In this document: piece after piece, positions 50,533 to 60,617 of the stretch
Layout of the letters: each line of letters begins with the position of its first letter
How positions within the stretch are numbered: position 1 is the first letter of the stretch
Position numbers and translations under genes: made by a program
The notes under the pieces: generated by a model
The model's input: the letters and a program-made list of their open reading frames with translations, nothing else
What the model was told of the DNA's origin: nothing
The model's database searches: none
Origin: Eledone cirrhosa
Taxonomy: Eukaryota
Assembly (NCBI GenBank): GCA_964016885.1
Contig: OZ024751.1
Span: 6,138,001-6,202,000, forward strand
Reading direction: 5' to 3'
Length of the DNA: 64,000 bases

Positions 50533-52881
50533 GCAGGATGTTAGACACAATGCCCAGGCAGGGTGGATTGAGACAGTACAGAGGGAGATCGGTGAGCAGG
50601 CACAGCAACAGACTGATTTGAGTATCACAGTTGAAACTCTTAAGGGGCAAGCCAAAAAACTAACCAACTGGAAATCACCAGGCCCAGATGGTGTGCAGGG
50701 GTATTGGATTAAACATTTAACATCCCTCCACCCGAAGCTGACGGCCATGTTCAATGACTGCTTGGTGTCGGGTGAGGTGCCAGAGTGGTTGACAAAAGGT
50801 ACCACAGTTCTGATAATGAAAGACCGAATCAAGGGTAATGATGTTACCAACTATAGACCTATCACATGTCTGCCCGTAATGTGGAAACTGTTGACGAGCA
50901 TTGTGTCTGAGGAAATCTACCATCACCTCCACACAAACAACTTGTTGCCGGACGAACAGAAAGGATGCCGAAAGAAGTCACGTGGTACAAAGGACCAGTT
51001 GCTTATTGATAAGATGGTAATGGGGAATTGCAGGAGGAGACACACTGATCTTGCCATGGGATGGATAGACTACAGAAAGGCATTTGACATGGTGCCTCAT
51101 TCCTGGATCACCAAAAGCCTGGAGATCTTCAGGGTGGCAGATAACATCAGAGAGTTGCTGGGCAGGAGTATGGGGTCCTGGGAGACAGAGTTGACATCAA
51201 CTGGAGTATCCTTGGGAAGCGTGAAGATCAAGAGAGGTATCTTCCAGGGAGATAGCCTGTCCCCTCTGTTGTTTGTCCTTGCCCTGATGCCCTTGACCAT
51301 TATGCTGCGAAAAGTGAGAGCAGGATACAAGTTGGGAAGGGGAGAGCTTACCATCAATCACCTCCTCTTCATGGACGATCTTAAGCTCTTCGGGAAAAGT
51401 GAGAAGGAGTTGGATGTGCTTGTTGACACTGTCCGTATTTTCAGCAGTGATATATGTATGCAGTTTGGTATTGGTAAATGTGGAGTCATTGTGATGAGGA
51501 GGGGTAGGTTGAGCAGAAGTAACGGGATCCAGATACCAACAGGTGAGATGATAAAGGAAATTGACTCTGAGGAAGGATACAAGTATTTGGGCGTTCTGGA
51601 GGCTGATGGCATAAAGAACAAAAAAATGAAGGAATTGTTAAGAACTGAATACATTCGGAGAGTAAGGAGCGTATTGAAGTCACATCTGAACAGCAGAAAT
51701 GCCATAAGCGCAGTAAATTCCCGAGCTGTGTCTATTATTAGGTACAGTGCGGGAATTCTGAGATGGAATGTTGCTGAACAAAAAGAAATGGATAGGAAGA
51801 CTAGGAAGCTATTGACTATCTACAACATGTTCCACAAGAGGAGTGATGTCGATAGACTCTACCTAAGGAGATCTGAGGGTGGAAGAGGTCTTATCAGCAT
51901 AGAGGACTGTGTTCAGATGGAGAAAAACAACCTATACAAATACGTGACCTATAGTAAGGAGCCAATGCTCAGAGCTGTACTGAAGGAGGGGAGAGTAGGC
52001 CAGGGGATACCCAAGGAGGAAATAACATCAAGGAGGAAGAGCAGCCTTAAGGGAAAATCCCTTCATAGTACCTTCTTTGAGAAAACTGAATTTAGAGATC
52101 CACAGACATGGAACTGGTTGAGAAGAGGAGACCTCAAAAAGGCTACAGAAGGAATGCTAATGGCTGCGCAGGAGCAGGCCCTCAAAACGAAGTGGTTGAA
52201 GCACCATATCTACAAGGAGGAGGCTAGCCCACTGTGCAGGATCTGTGGAGAGAGAGAGGAGACTGTGGCTCACATTGTGTCCGAGTGTAAACACCTAGCC
52301 CAGACCCACTATAAGGGCTGGAGACACGATGTGATGGGCAGGGTGATCCACTGGCACCTGTGCAAAGTAAACAATCTACCACATTCTGAGAAATGGTATG
52401 AGCATAGGCCAGAGGCGGTGATGGAGAACAGTCAGGTGAAGGTGCTGTGGGATTTTAGGATACAGACGGACAAAAAACTGGAACACAATAGACCTGACCT
52501 GGTGGTTGTGGACAAAGAAAAAAGATCGTGCCTGATTGTGGATGTGGCCTGCCCGTTCGACACGAGAGTGCAAGAGAAGGAGAGGGAGAAAATTAACCGA
52601 TACCAGGACCTAAAGTGGGAGGTGAAAAGGATTTGGAACTGCCATGAAGTCAAAGTGATCCCGATTGTCATAGGCGCACTGGGGACTATCTCCAAAGGTT
52701 TCCAGGGATGGTTAAAGAAAATCGGCCCCTTCACGCTTTTTGGAACGCTTCAAAAGGCATGCTTGCTTGGAACGGCAAGAACCCTCCGATACGTCCTGAA
52801 TATCTGAGGCTGCAGGTAGTGGCTTGATATTCAATCCAACGGACTTTCCAGTTAACCAACATCAATGACTGAGATTCAAGG
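50532..52881 (+). mobile_element. R4/Dong family B copy 2 (5'-truncated)
   Basis: Open RT-RLE frame. Tail AATAACAATAAC(AAT)n at 52882-52908. Confidence 0.93.
50618..52807 (+). CDS. RT + CCHC + restriction-like endonuclease (C-terminal 729 aa of the family B ORF)
   Basis: KSPGPDG, NYRPITCL, WIDYRKAFDMV, GIFQGDSLSP, FMDD, CRICGEREETVAHIVSEC and RPD...IVDV...EKINRY. No true start codon. Confidence 0.9.
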   Translation: MSITVETLKGQAKKLTNWKSPGPDGVQGYWIKHLTSLHPKLTAMFNDCLVSGEVPEWLTKGTTVLIMKDRIKGNDVTNYRPITCLPVMWKLLTSIVSEEIYHHLHTNNLLPDEQKGCRKKSRGTKDQLLIDKMVMGNCRRRHTDLAMGWIDYRKAFDMVPHSWITKSLEIFRVADNIRELLGRSMGSWETELTSTGVSLGSVKIKRGIFQGDSLSPLLFVLALMPLTIMLRKVRAGYKLGRGELTINHLLFMDDLKLFGKSEKELDVLVDTVRIFSSDICMQFGIGKCGVIVMRRGRLSRSNGIQIPTGEMIKEIDSEEGYKYLGVLEADGIKNKKMKELLRTEYIRRVRSVLKSHLNSRNAISAVNSRAVSIIRYSAGILRWNVAEQKEMDRKTRKLLTIYNMFHKRSDVDRLYLRRSEGGRGLISIEDCVQMEKNNLYKYVTYSKEPMLRAVLKEGRVGQGIPKEEITSRRKSSLKGKSLHSTFFEKTEFRDPQTWNWLRRGDLKKATEGMLMAAQEQALKTKWLKHHIYKEEASPLCRICGEREETVAHIVSECKHLAQTHYKGWRHDVMGRVIHWHLCKVNNLPHSEKWYEHRPEAVMENSQVKVLWDFRIQTDKKLEHNRPDLVVVDKEKRSCLIVDVACPFDTRVQEKEREKINRYQDLKWEVKRIWNCHEVKVIPIVIGALGTISKGFQGWLKKIGPFTLFGTLQKACLLGTARTLRYVLNI

Positions 52882-53169
52882 AATAACAATAACAATAATA
52901 ATAATAATGATTTCTTTATTAACCACAAGGGTTTACATAAAGTAGACATTAAGGACAGTGCAGGACAATGCAGGACGGTACAAATGGGCATTTCTGCGTG
53001 TAAAAAACAAAAACAGAGGATGTAACAAAAATAACAATGAAAATAACAATGAAAAATTCCCCAATAGGGGGGAAACTTCGGAGGGACATTTGTGGAGAAA
53101 GCCCAGTAAAAAGCCACAATGACCCTGACCACCAAGGCAAGTGCCCTCTCCCAGTTTTCCACCTTTAGT

Positions 53170-56100
53170 TTACAGATATATACTCAGAGTCGGCCCATTC
53201 ACTCGGGCCATTCTTGCTTCTCTCACCCATCTTTCAACAAAATGCTGGGAAGAGAGCACTTCCTTCTCTACTCTGATTTTCCTTTTCAAATGAAATTTGA
53301 AAAAGTCAATCAGAGCATCACCGAAGAGGTAAGTGCTCGTCTTCAGCCCTTTCAAACGTGTCCACCATACTATCTCTTTCGCCATGGCCACCAGACAGAT
53401 AAAAACTGCCTGCCCTTCCCGGCTAAAGGAGGAGGGCGGGGCAATCCTCACGATGGACTCAGATGATAGCCGGATCCGTCCTAAACGCGACAGCAGGTGT
53501 TCGACATAAACCCACAAGTCAGCAATTTTCGGACACTGGACGAGTGCGTGCAGGACGGTTTCGTCGCCCTGCGCGCATCTCGGACATGCCCGGCTGACGG
53601 CACCTCCATGCCTGTAGAGTTTATCCCGAACTGGCAAGGCTCCTCGGTAGCACTGCCAGGCCAGAGATTTCTGGAAGTTGTCCATAGGCCCTGGCCCGAA
53701 AGTTCTTCCGAAGAGATTGGCTAGTTGATTTTCGTCGACGCCTAGAGTTTCCCCAAGTACGTCGTCGCTCTTCCCCTCCACTAATCCTCTATAGAACGCC
53801 GAGGTGGAGTTTCCACCGATCACATTGCCCGATTGGTCGAGGGCTGTGAGCGCCTGAAGACATTCCAGTCTCCAGGCGCTCCCTCTCGGTCTTCGCTTGA
53901 CCCAGGACTGCAGCTCCGTCAAGGAAACGAGCTGGGGAAAAACGCGCCTAGCAAACGGCGACCACACCTGATCACCGTCGAGGAAGAGGTGGAGATGTCG
54001 TAGCCTGAGCGCGTGCCTGCGCATCATCAGCCACGGCATGCCCAGCCCTCCACGTAGCGGGTGTTGACAACAGATGGACCGCCTGACCATCGGAGCACGT
54101 CCCTTCCACAAAAAGCGAAAGAGCAAACGCTCCAGCGCAGTCAGGCGAGGCTTAGGACAAGGTACGACGGTTAGGCGGTAGCAGATGACAGACGCGATGT
54201 ACGCGTTAGCCACCTCCGCTCGACCTTTCAGGGATAGCTTCCTCTCCGCCCATTTCTGGGTGAGAGAAGCCACCCTGCTCGTCACCTCGTCCCAGTTTTT
54301 GTCCGTCTGGAGGTCCGGACCGAACCAGACCCCTAGCAATTTAACCGGTCCGTCCGTCCAGCGCCCGACGACGCTGTTGGACGGCATGGACCTGCCTCTC
54401 CAGGTGCCGAGCTGCAGGCCCACTGACTTTTCCTGGTTGATCATTGCTCCTGTCACCGCTTCGTATTCTCTTAGTGTAGTGCCGATCGCCTCGATGTGTT
54501 TGGCGTTCGACACCACTACGGTGACATCGTCCGCATATGCTGACACGGATCTTCCGCATCCTAGTTCGCGCGGGACTCCCCTCAACGTCTCCAGTTTGTG
54601 CAGTAATGGCTCGAGAGTCAATACGTACAAGAGGGACGAGAGGGGACATCCTTGGCGGACCGAGCGCATGATGTTGAACGGTTCCGACAGGTGACCGTTC
54701 ACTCTCACCACAGAGCAGATGTCGCTGTGCATGGCAGCGATCCAGCCTCTGAAGACGGGCCCAAAGCCAGCCGCCCTCAGGACTGCCGCTAGGTAACGAT
54801 GGTCGACCCTATCGAAAGCTTTCGACTGATCTAAATTGATCAAGGACCCACCCGTGCCAGGTTCCCTAGCTACCCTCTCTATGATGTATCGCATGAGGTG
54901 GAGGTTGTCGTGGATGGATCTGTCGGGAATGGCGCATGTCTGCGCCTCTCCCACCAGACCACCAACGACAAGCGCCAACCTCTTTGCTAGCACCTTGGCC
55001 AAAATCTTAAACTCTGTGTTTAGCAGAGTTATGGGCCGGAAATTGTCTATGTTATCTCCCTTGTTCGGATCCTTTCTCAGCAGTGCCACCGCTCCTCGGC
55101 TCACAGAACTGGGAATTCTCCCGTTCTGTTGCCAGTTGCAGTAGACGTCCGCCAAGAGGCCTCCGAACAAGTCTGGCATCTGTACGTAAAGTTCATAGGG
55201 CAGACCATCCAAACCAGGCGATTTACCCCTTGTGCAGCCAGTCATTGCCTCCCGTACTTCAGCGGCTGTTATCGGCTTTTCGCAACACCTCGCCTCAGTG
55301 GCCGAGAGCCGCGGCAGTCCGTCGAGGTAGACACTAAAGTCCATCCCTCTACCCGCCCCCCCGCTGCCCCCGAACAGCTGAGCGAAGTGTCGCTGAAAAG
55401 CTTCACACATTTGCCCGGGATCGAGTAGCATGCGCCCGTCGTGGTCCACCAAAGACCGGATCGTGGCTTTGTTGCCACGACGCGCCTCCGCCACTCGGGC
55501 CCATTGAACGGCTTTCGTCCCCTCGTGTCTGAGAGCACGCACCCTAGCTCTGACAACGCAGCCTTCGTGCTTTGCATTGAAGAATTGGTCAAGGGCCAAT
55601 TTCGCCGCAAGCACGTCGGTCGCAATGCCTTTGCTAAGCGCCTCGTCTAATTTTCTAACTAGTTCTCCCTCTGCTCTATTTTTCTCTATTGCTAAAGCCT
55701 TACTAAACCTAATCGATTCTATTCTAATCGCTCTTTTCAGAGCAAACCACCACTTGTTGTTGACGATGGCCCCCGTCAACGCCCGCTTAACTAGTTCGCT
55801 AATCCGGTCTCTGTAGGCCTTGCGCGCTGGTAAGGACGCGTTTAGCTTCCAGTAGCCGGGTCCTCGTCTATGAAGCCTATCTAAGTCAAGCACACAGATC
55901 ACGAATTTGTGGTCCGTGTAGCTGACTATCTTGAATTGTGGACAGCCTATGCTAGACCTATCTATTTCCCTACAAAATACTCTATCTAGATATGATCTGG
56001 ATGACCCTATGCGGTTTCTCCAAGTCCACATTGGCACATTCGGGAAATCCAATCGGTACCTGTCAGACAGTTCAAAACGCCTGAGCAGGTTGGTGAGGCT

Positions 56101-56589
56101 CTTGCACCCTCCACCCCTATCCGCTAATCCCACACAGTCCCAGCGTGCATCTAAGATCCCGTTCCAGTCGCCCACTAACACTAAAGAGCGCGACGTTCCA
56201 AGAAAGGTCTCCAGACGCCGAAAGAAATCAGGCCGCCCTGCTCCTGTCGGGGCATAGACGGCCACTAGCCTGAAAGCTTGCCCGTCTCCGCTGGTCACGT
56301 CCAGCACCACCAGCTTACCCTCTGGGTCCAGGAAGATGGCCCGTATGGCGAGATCCAAACCTCTCCGAAAAAGCACAGCAACTCCTCCACCGGATCCAGG
56401 ACGGCTGGGAGATGCGTACACATCGTAGCCGCCGAAGATCGGTGCGAAGGCCCGTGCTTCGGAGATTCTGGTCTCGCTGATGGCCACTACATCTATGTTT
56501 AGTGACCTGAGGTCGTTGAGCAGGTGACCCTGCTTCCATGACGACCCCAAGCCACGCGCATTTATGCTGCCTATTCTGAGTGAGGTCAT
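53170..56589 (-). CDS. LINE ORF2: AP endonuclease + reverse transcriptase + C-terminal zinc motif
   Basis: SINARGL, ISET, VYAP, GDWN, YLDRVF and TDH (APE). KSPGLDG, LDQSKAFDRVDH, RQGCPLS and YADD (RT). CPRC...ETVLHALVQC. Confidence 0.95.
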   Translation of the reverse strand: MTSLRIGSINARGLGSSWKQGHLLNDLRSLNIDVVAISETRISEARAFAPIFGGYDVYASPSRPGSGGGVAVLFRRGLDLAIRAIFLDPEGKLVVLDVTSGDGQAFRLVAVYAPTGAGRPDFFRRLETFLGTSRSLVLVGDWNGILDARWDCVGLADRGGGCKSLTNLLRRFELSDRYRLDFPNVPMWTWRNRIGSSRSYLDRVFCREIDRSSIGCPQFKIVSYTDHKFVICVLDLDRLHRRGPGYWKLNASLPARKAYRDRISELVKRALTGAIVNNKWWFALKRAIRIESIRFSKALAIEKNRAEGELVRKLDEALSKGIATDVLAAKLALDQFFNAKHEGCVVRARVRALRHEGTKAVQWARVAEARRGNKATIRSLVDHDGRMLLDPGQMCEAFQRHFAQLFGGSGGAGRGMDFSVYLDGLPRLSATEARCCEKPITAAEVREAMTGCTRGKSPGLDGLPYELYVQMPDLFGGLLADVYCNWQQNGRIPSSVSRGAVALLRKDPNKGDNIDNFRPITLLNTEFKILAKVLAKRLALVVGGLVGEAQTCAIPDRSIHDNLHLMRYIIERVAREPGTGGSLINLDQSKAFDRVDHRYLAAVLRAAGFGPVFRGWIAAMHSDICSVVRVNGHLSEPFNIMRSVRQGCPLSSLLYVLTLEPLLHKLETLRGVPRELGCGRSVSAYADDVTVVVSNAKHIEAIGTTLREYEAVTGAMINQEKSVGLQLGTWRGRSMPSNSVVGRWTDGPVKLLGVWFGPDLQTDKNWDEVTSRVASLTQKWAERKLSLKGRAEVANAYIASVICYRLTVVPCPKPRLTALERLLFRFLWKGRAPMVRRSICCQHPLRGGLGMPWLMMRRHALRLRHLHLFLDGDQVWSPFARRVFPQLVSLTELQSWVKRRPRGSAWRLECLQALTALDQSGNVIGGNSTSAFYRGLVEGKSDDVLGETLGVDENQLANLFGRTFGPGPMDNFQKSLAWQCYRGALPVRDKLYRHGGAVSRACPRCAQGDETVLHALVQCPKIADLWVYVEHLLSRLGRIRLSSESIVRIAPPSSFSREGQAVFICLVAMAKEIVWWTRLKGLKTSTYLFGDALIDFFKFHLKRKIRVEKEVLSSQHFVERWVREARMARVNGPTLSIYL

Positions 56590-56624
56590 GTTTAAAATAG
56601 AGTGGAAAAGATGGGAAAGACCAC

Positions 56625-58718
56625 TTACCGTACTTTTGGTAGAGGAGGGATGGTTTTTACATCCCTTTTCACTTGATCGTCTGGTGAAGGGACCGTTGAA
56701 TCGTCCCTTCGGTTGGTCGTCGGCTCTTCTAAGAGAATGTCTGAGTATACTCTTCGATTGATGGTTCCTCCTAGGTCCCTGAAATCACCAACTGCGTTGG
56801 GGAATTTCGTTTTAATATTTGTGTATTGTTTCTGTGCTATTTTTAGCAGTCTTATGTTAGTTGGCGTTTTGATTGGTGCTGGTATTATGTAGTCCTGTTG
56901 TGAAATGTCTGTGTGTTCAATTATGTAAGTCATTAGTTTCTTGTTGTGTGTATTTATTGCCGTGCATTTGTTTTTCTGGGGGTGGGGTGTGGTTCTGCTA
57001 TTTTCTTGTCGTTGTTGCTGGGTGTGTGTGTTTTGTTGTTGTGTTTGCGATGTTGGTGCTTGTGGTGGTGGTGTTGAAGGTGTTGTTGGCGGTGGGGTTG
57101 TCGCCGGTGGTGATGGTGGCGCTAGTGTGGGTGGTGATGGTGTTGGTGTTGTTGCTGCTGTGGGTCTCTTTGCAGTAGACTTTACCCTTTTCTCATTTCT
57201 TTCCTCCCTTTTCAAAGGCGACGATGCGCTGCTTCTGCGTTTGTGCCTTCTTACGACCTTTTGCCATCTCTCTCCCACCTCACACTCCATGTCTGATTCT
57301 GTGAGGTCGGGGAGGGGTACCAACTCCACTCTTTCACTTGTTGTTGTTGGTGATGTTTGCACTGGAGTCTCTGTTGCAGCTGCATTTGGTATTGCTGTTG
57401 TTGTTGTTAGTATTTCCACTGCTGCTGCTGTTTTTGATTTCCGTGGAGTGGGTATGGGTGCCACGGGCCTATCGTTCCTGGTTGCCGCTTGTCCTGTTGC
57501 TGGTAGCCGTGGAGCCGGATTCGGAAGGAGGGGGGTTTTCTCCTTTCTCAGGGTCTTCTCGTTGCAGAAGGCCCTGAGGTGAGTCTTCGATCCACAGCGA
57601 AAGCATTTCGGGCGTTTGCCCTCAACACTTATGGGCAGTTGAGTGCCGTTATCGAAGTCTATCACATCCGGGATAGCTTCGATGCACTCCTGGTTGGTTT
57701 GGATTAGCATCTCAATGGAGGAGCCGACCCAATCTTCTCTTACTTTTTTCTGTACTTGCAGTACAGTTGTTTTGTCCTCGATTCCGACGAGGACAGACGC
57801 GGCCAGCCAAGAAGGGGTCATTCTGGGGGGGACGTGGGTCAGTTTGACCCTCACAATTTTTTGCCCGCAGTAGGAGGGCACCAACACCATTTCCTCGCTC
57901 CTTAGGGTCACTACTGATTGGGCCTTTGCCTCCTGGGGTGTGGCAAAAAGTACGTCTACGGTGGCATATTTTTTGCCTCGGGTGATGTGCGTTTTCCGCT
58001 GCCACACAGACCCCAAAGCTTTTTGTATTTGGGCCTCTGTGGCTCTTTCCACCCTACGGGATTTTGTACTTACTGTACGGTACGTGACCGTACAGTGCTC
58101 TTGGGTTTCGAAAAAATTTTTCGCTGCCTTGCAGATTGCTCGGTGTCCGTTCTTTGTCACCATCTTCTTCGCTTCCTCTAATTCCTCATTTGTTATGAGG
58201 ATTGTTTCCAAGTTTTTCGCAATACCTGCAAATGAGATTGGTTTTTCTCTGCTGTTGTTGTTGTCGTCAGAGCTGCTGGTACTTTTGTTGTTGCTGCAGG
58301 TACTACGACTACTGCCTCCGCCGCTGTTGCTGTGGTTGTTGTTGGTGTTGCTGCTGCTAATGCTGTTGTTGTTTATGCTGCTGGTGATGCTGTTGCGGCT
58401 GCTACTGTTGTTTTCATTGTCACTGTTGCTGTTGTTATTACGGCTGCTACTGCTATTATTCCTGACGTCAGACGAATGAACTGGGTTTTCGTATTTCCCG
58501 CACACCTGTTTCGTCGCTGTCGTCGTCGTGGAGAAACCTTGCACGCTTTGCACGAGACTTTTCTTTTCTTTCGTCGCTTGCGAAAGAGAAGGGAGGGAGA
58601 GAGACACATTTAAAGAAGGGAGGGAGAGAGACAATCTTCTCTCTGCTGTAGTGATGATTGAGGAAGAAGAAGACGGAATGAGTGGGAGTGACGTATGAAA
58701 TTTCTTTTTCGTAGCCAT
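56625..58718 (-). CDS. LINE ORF1 (gag-like nucleic-acid chaperone with one CCHC knuckle)
   Basis: CFRCGSKTHLRAFC, S/N-rich N-terminus and P/T-rich C-terminal region. Ends 35 nt upstream of ORF2. Confidence 0.88.
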   Translation of the reverse strand: MATKKKFHTSLPLIPSSSSSIITTAERRLSLSLPSLNVSLSLPSLSQATKEKKSLVQSVQGFSTTTTATKQVCGKYENPVHSSDVRNNSSSSRNNNSNSDNENNSSSRNSITSSINNNSISSSNTNNNHSNSGGGSSRSTCSNNKSTSSSDDNNNSREKPISFAGIAKNLETILITNEELEEAKKMVTKNGHRAICKAAKNFFETQEHCTVTYRTVSTKSRRVERATEAQIQKALGSVWQRKTHITRGKKYATVDVLFATPQEAKAQSVVTLRSEEMVLVPSYCGQKIVRVKLTHVPPRMTPSWLAASVLVGIEDKTTVLQVQKKVREDWVGSSIEMLIQTNQECIEAIPDVIDFDNGTQLPISVEGKRPKCFRCGSKTHLRAFCNEKTLRKEKTPLLPNPAPRLPATGQAATRNDRPVAPIPTPRKSKTAAAVEILTTTTAIPNAAATETPVQTSPTTTSERVELVPLPDLTESDMECEVGERWQKVVRRHKRRSSASSPLKREERNEKRVKSTAKRPTAATTPTPSPPTLAPPSPPATTPPPTTPSTPPPQAPTSQTQQQNTHTQQQRQENSRTTPHPQKNKCTAINTHNKKLMTYIIEHTDISQQDYIIPAPIKTPTNIRLLKIAQKQYTNIKTKFPNAVGDFRDLGGTINRRVYSDILLEEPTTNRRDDSTVPSPDDQVKRDVKTIPPLPKVR

Positions 58719-58932
58719 GTTGTTTTTTGTTTAAAATGAATATTGGGTACAAAACCCCAATAACTGGTTATTTAGCCCCGAAGGGCCAAATAACGGACAG
58801 AAAGACCCCTCTCACGAGGAGGAGGGTGTCTTTATCAACAATTTGGTTCAAGTTTTAAACAATTTACAATTGTTTTAACGGTTAAAAATTACTATACCTT
58901 ACAGAGCCGAGCCTCCGTCAACCATGGCATTC

Positions 58933-58968
<36 letters not shown>

Positions 58969-60586
58969 CTCTGTTGTTTGTCTTTGCCCTGATGCCCTTG
59001 ACCATTATGCTGCGAAAAGTGAGAGCAGGATACAAGTTGGGATGGGGAGAGCTTACCATCAATCACCTCCTCTTCATGGACGATCTTAAGCTCTTCGGGA
59101 AAAGTGAGAAGGAGTTGGATGTGCTTGTTGACACTGTCCGTATTTTCAGCAGTGATATATGTATGCAGTTTGGTATTGGTAAATGTGGAGTCATTGTGAT
59201 GAAGAGGGGTAGGTTGAGCAGAAGTAACGGGATCCAGATACCAACAGGTGAGATGATAAAGGAAATTGACTCTGAGGAAGGATACAAGTATTTGGGTGTT
59301 CTGGAGGCTGATGGCATAAAGAACAAAAAAATGAAGGAATTGTTAAGAACTGAATACATTCGGAGAGTAAGGAGCGTATTGAAGTCACATCTGAACAGCA
59401 GAAATGCCATAAGCGCAGTAAATTCCCGAGCTGTGTCTATTATTAGGTACAGTGCGGGAATTCTGAGATGGAATGTTGCTGAACAAAAAGAAATGGATAG
59501 GAAGACTAGGAAGCTATTGACTATCAACAACATGTTCCACAAGAGGAGTGATGTCGATAGACTCTACCTAAGGAGATCTGAGGGTGGAAGAGGTCTTATC
59601 AGCATAGAGGACTGTGTTCAGATGGAGAAAAACAACCTATACAAATACGTGACCTATAGTAAGGAGCCAATGCTCAGAACTGTACTGAAGGAGGGGACAG
59701 TAGGCCAGGGGATGTCCAGGGAGGAAATAACATCAAGGAGGAAGAGCAGCCTTAAGGGAAAATCCCTTCATAGTACCTTCTTTGAGAAAACTGAATTTAG
59801 AGATCCACAGACATGGAACTGGTTGAGAAGAGGAGACCTCAAAAAGGCTACAGAAGGAATGCTAATGGCTGCGCAGGAGCAGGCCCTCAAAACGAAGTGG
59901 TTGAAGCACCATATCTACAAGGAGGAGGCTAGCCCACTGTGCAGGATCTGTGGAGAGAGAGAGGAGACTGTGGCTCACATTGTGTCCGAGTGTAAACACC
60001 TAGCCCAGACCCACTATAAGGGCTGGAGACACGATGTGATAGGCAGGGTGATCCACTGGCACCTGTGCAAAGTAAACAATCTACCACATTCTGAGAAATG
60101 GTATGAGCATAGGCCAGAGGCGGTGATGGAGAACAATCAGGTGAAGGTGCTGTGGGATTTTAGGATACAGACGGACAAAAAACTGGAACACAATAGACCT
60201 GACCTGGTGGTTGTGGACAAAGAAAAAAGATCGTGCCTGATTGTGGATGTGGCCTGCCCGTTCGACACGAGAGTGCAAGAGAAGGAGAGGGAGAAAATTA
60301 ACCGATACCAGGACCTAAAGTGGGAGGTGAAAAGGATTTGGAACTGCCATGAAGTCAAAGTGATCCCGATTGTCATAGGCGCACTGGGGACTATCTCCAA
60401 AAGTTTCCAGGGATGGTTAAAGAAAATCGGCCCCTTCACGCTTTTTGGAACGCTTCAAAAGGCATGCTTGCTTGGAACAGCAAGAACCCTCCGATACGTC
60501 CTGAATATCTGAGGCTGCAGGTAGTGGCTTGATATTCAATCCAACGGACTTTCCAGTTAACCAACATCAATGACTGAGATTCAAGG
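58969..60586 (+). mobile_element. R4/Dong family B copy 3 (5'-truncated, frame open 58974-60512)
   Basis: Near-identical to 51264-52881 with the same AATAACAATAAC(AAT)n tail. Confidence 0.93.
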
Positions 60587-60617
60587 AATAACAATAACAA
60601 TAATAATAATAATAATA

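Larger units (their letters stand above)
52909..58932 (-). mobile_element. Full-length Tx1-like (L1 superfamily) LINE inserted antisense into (AAT)n
   Basis: Two intact ORFs. 5' end GAATGCCATGG, 3' end AATAAAGAAATC(ATT)n. (AAT)n on both flanks. Confidence 0.93.

Noticed and set aside
53497-58613. Plus-strand ORFs overlapping the Tx1 element, and minus-strand ORFs over the Dong copies
   Set aside because: Antisense shadows of coding sequence with no motifs.
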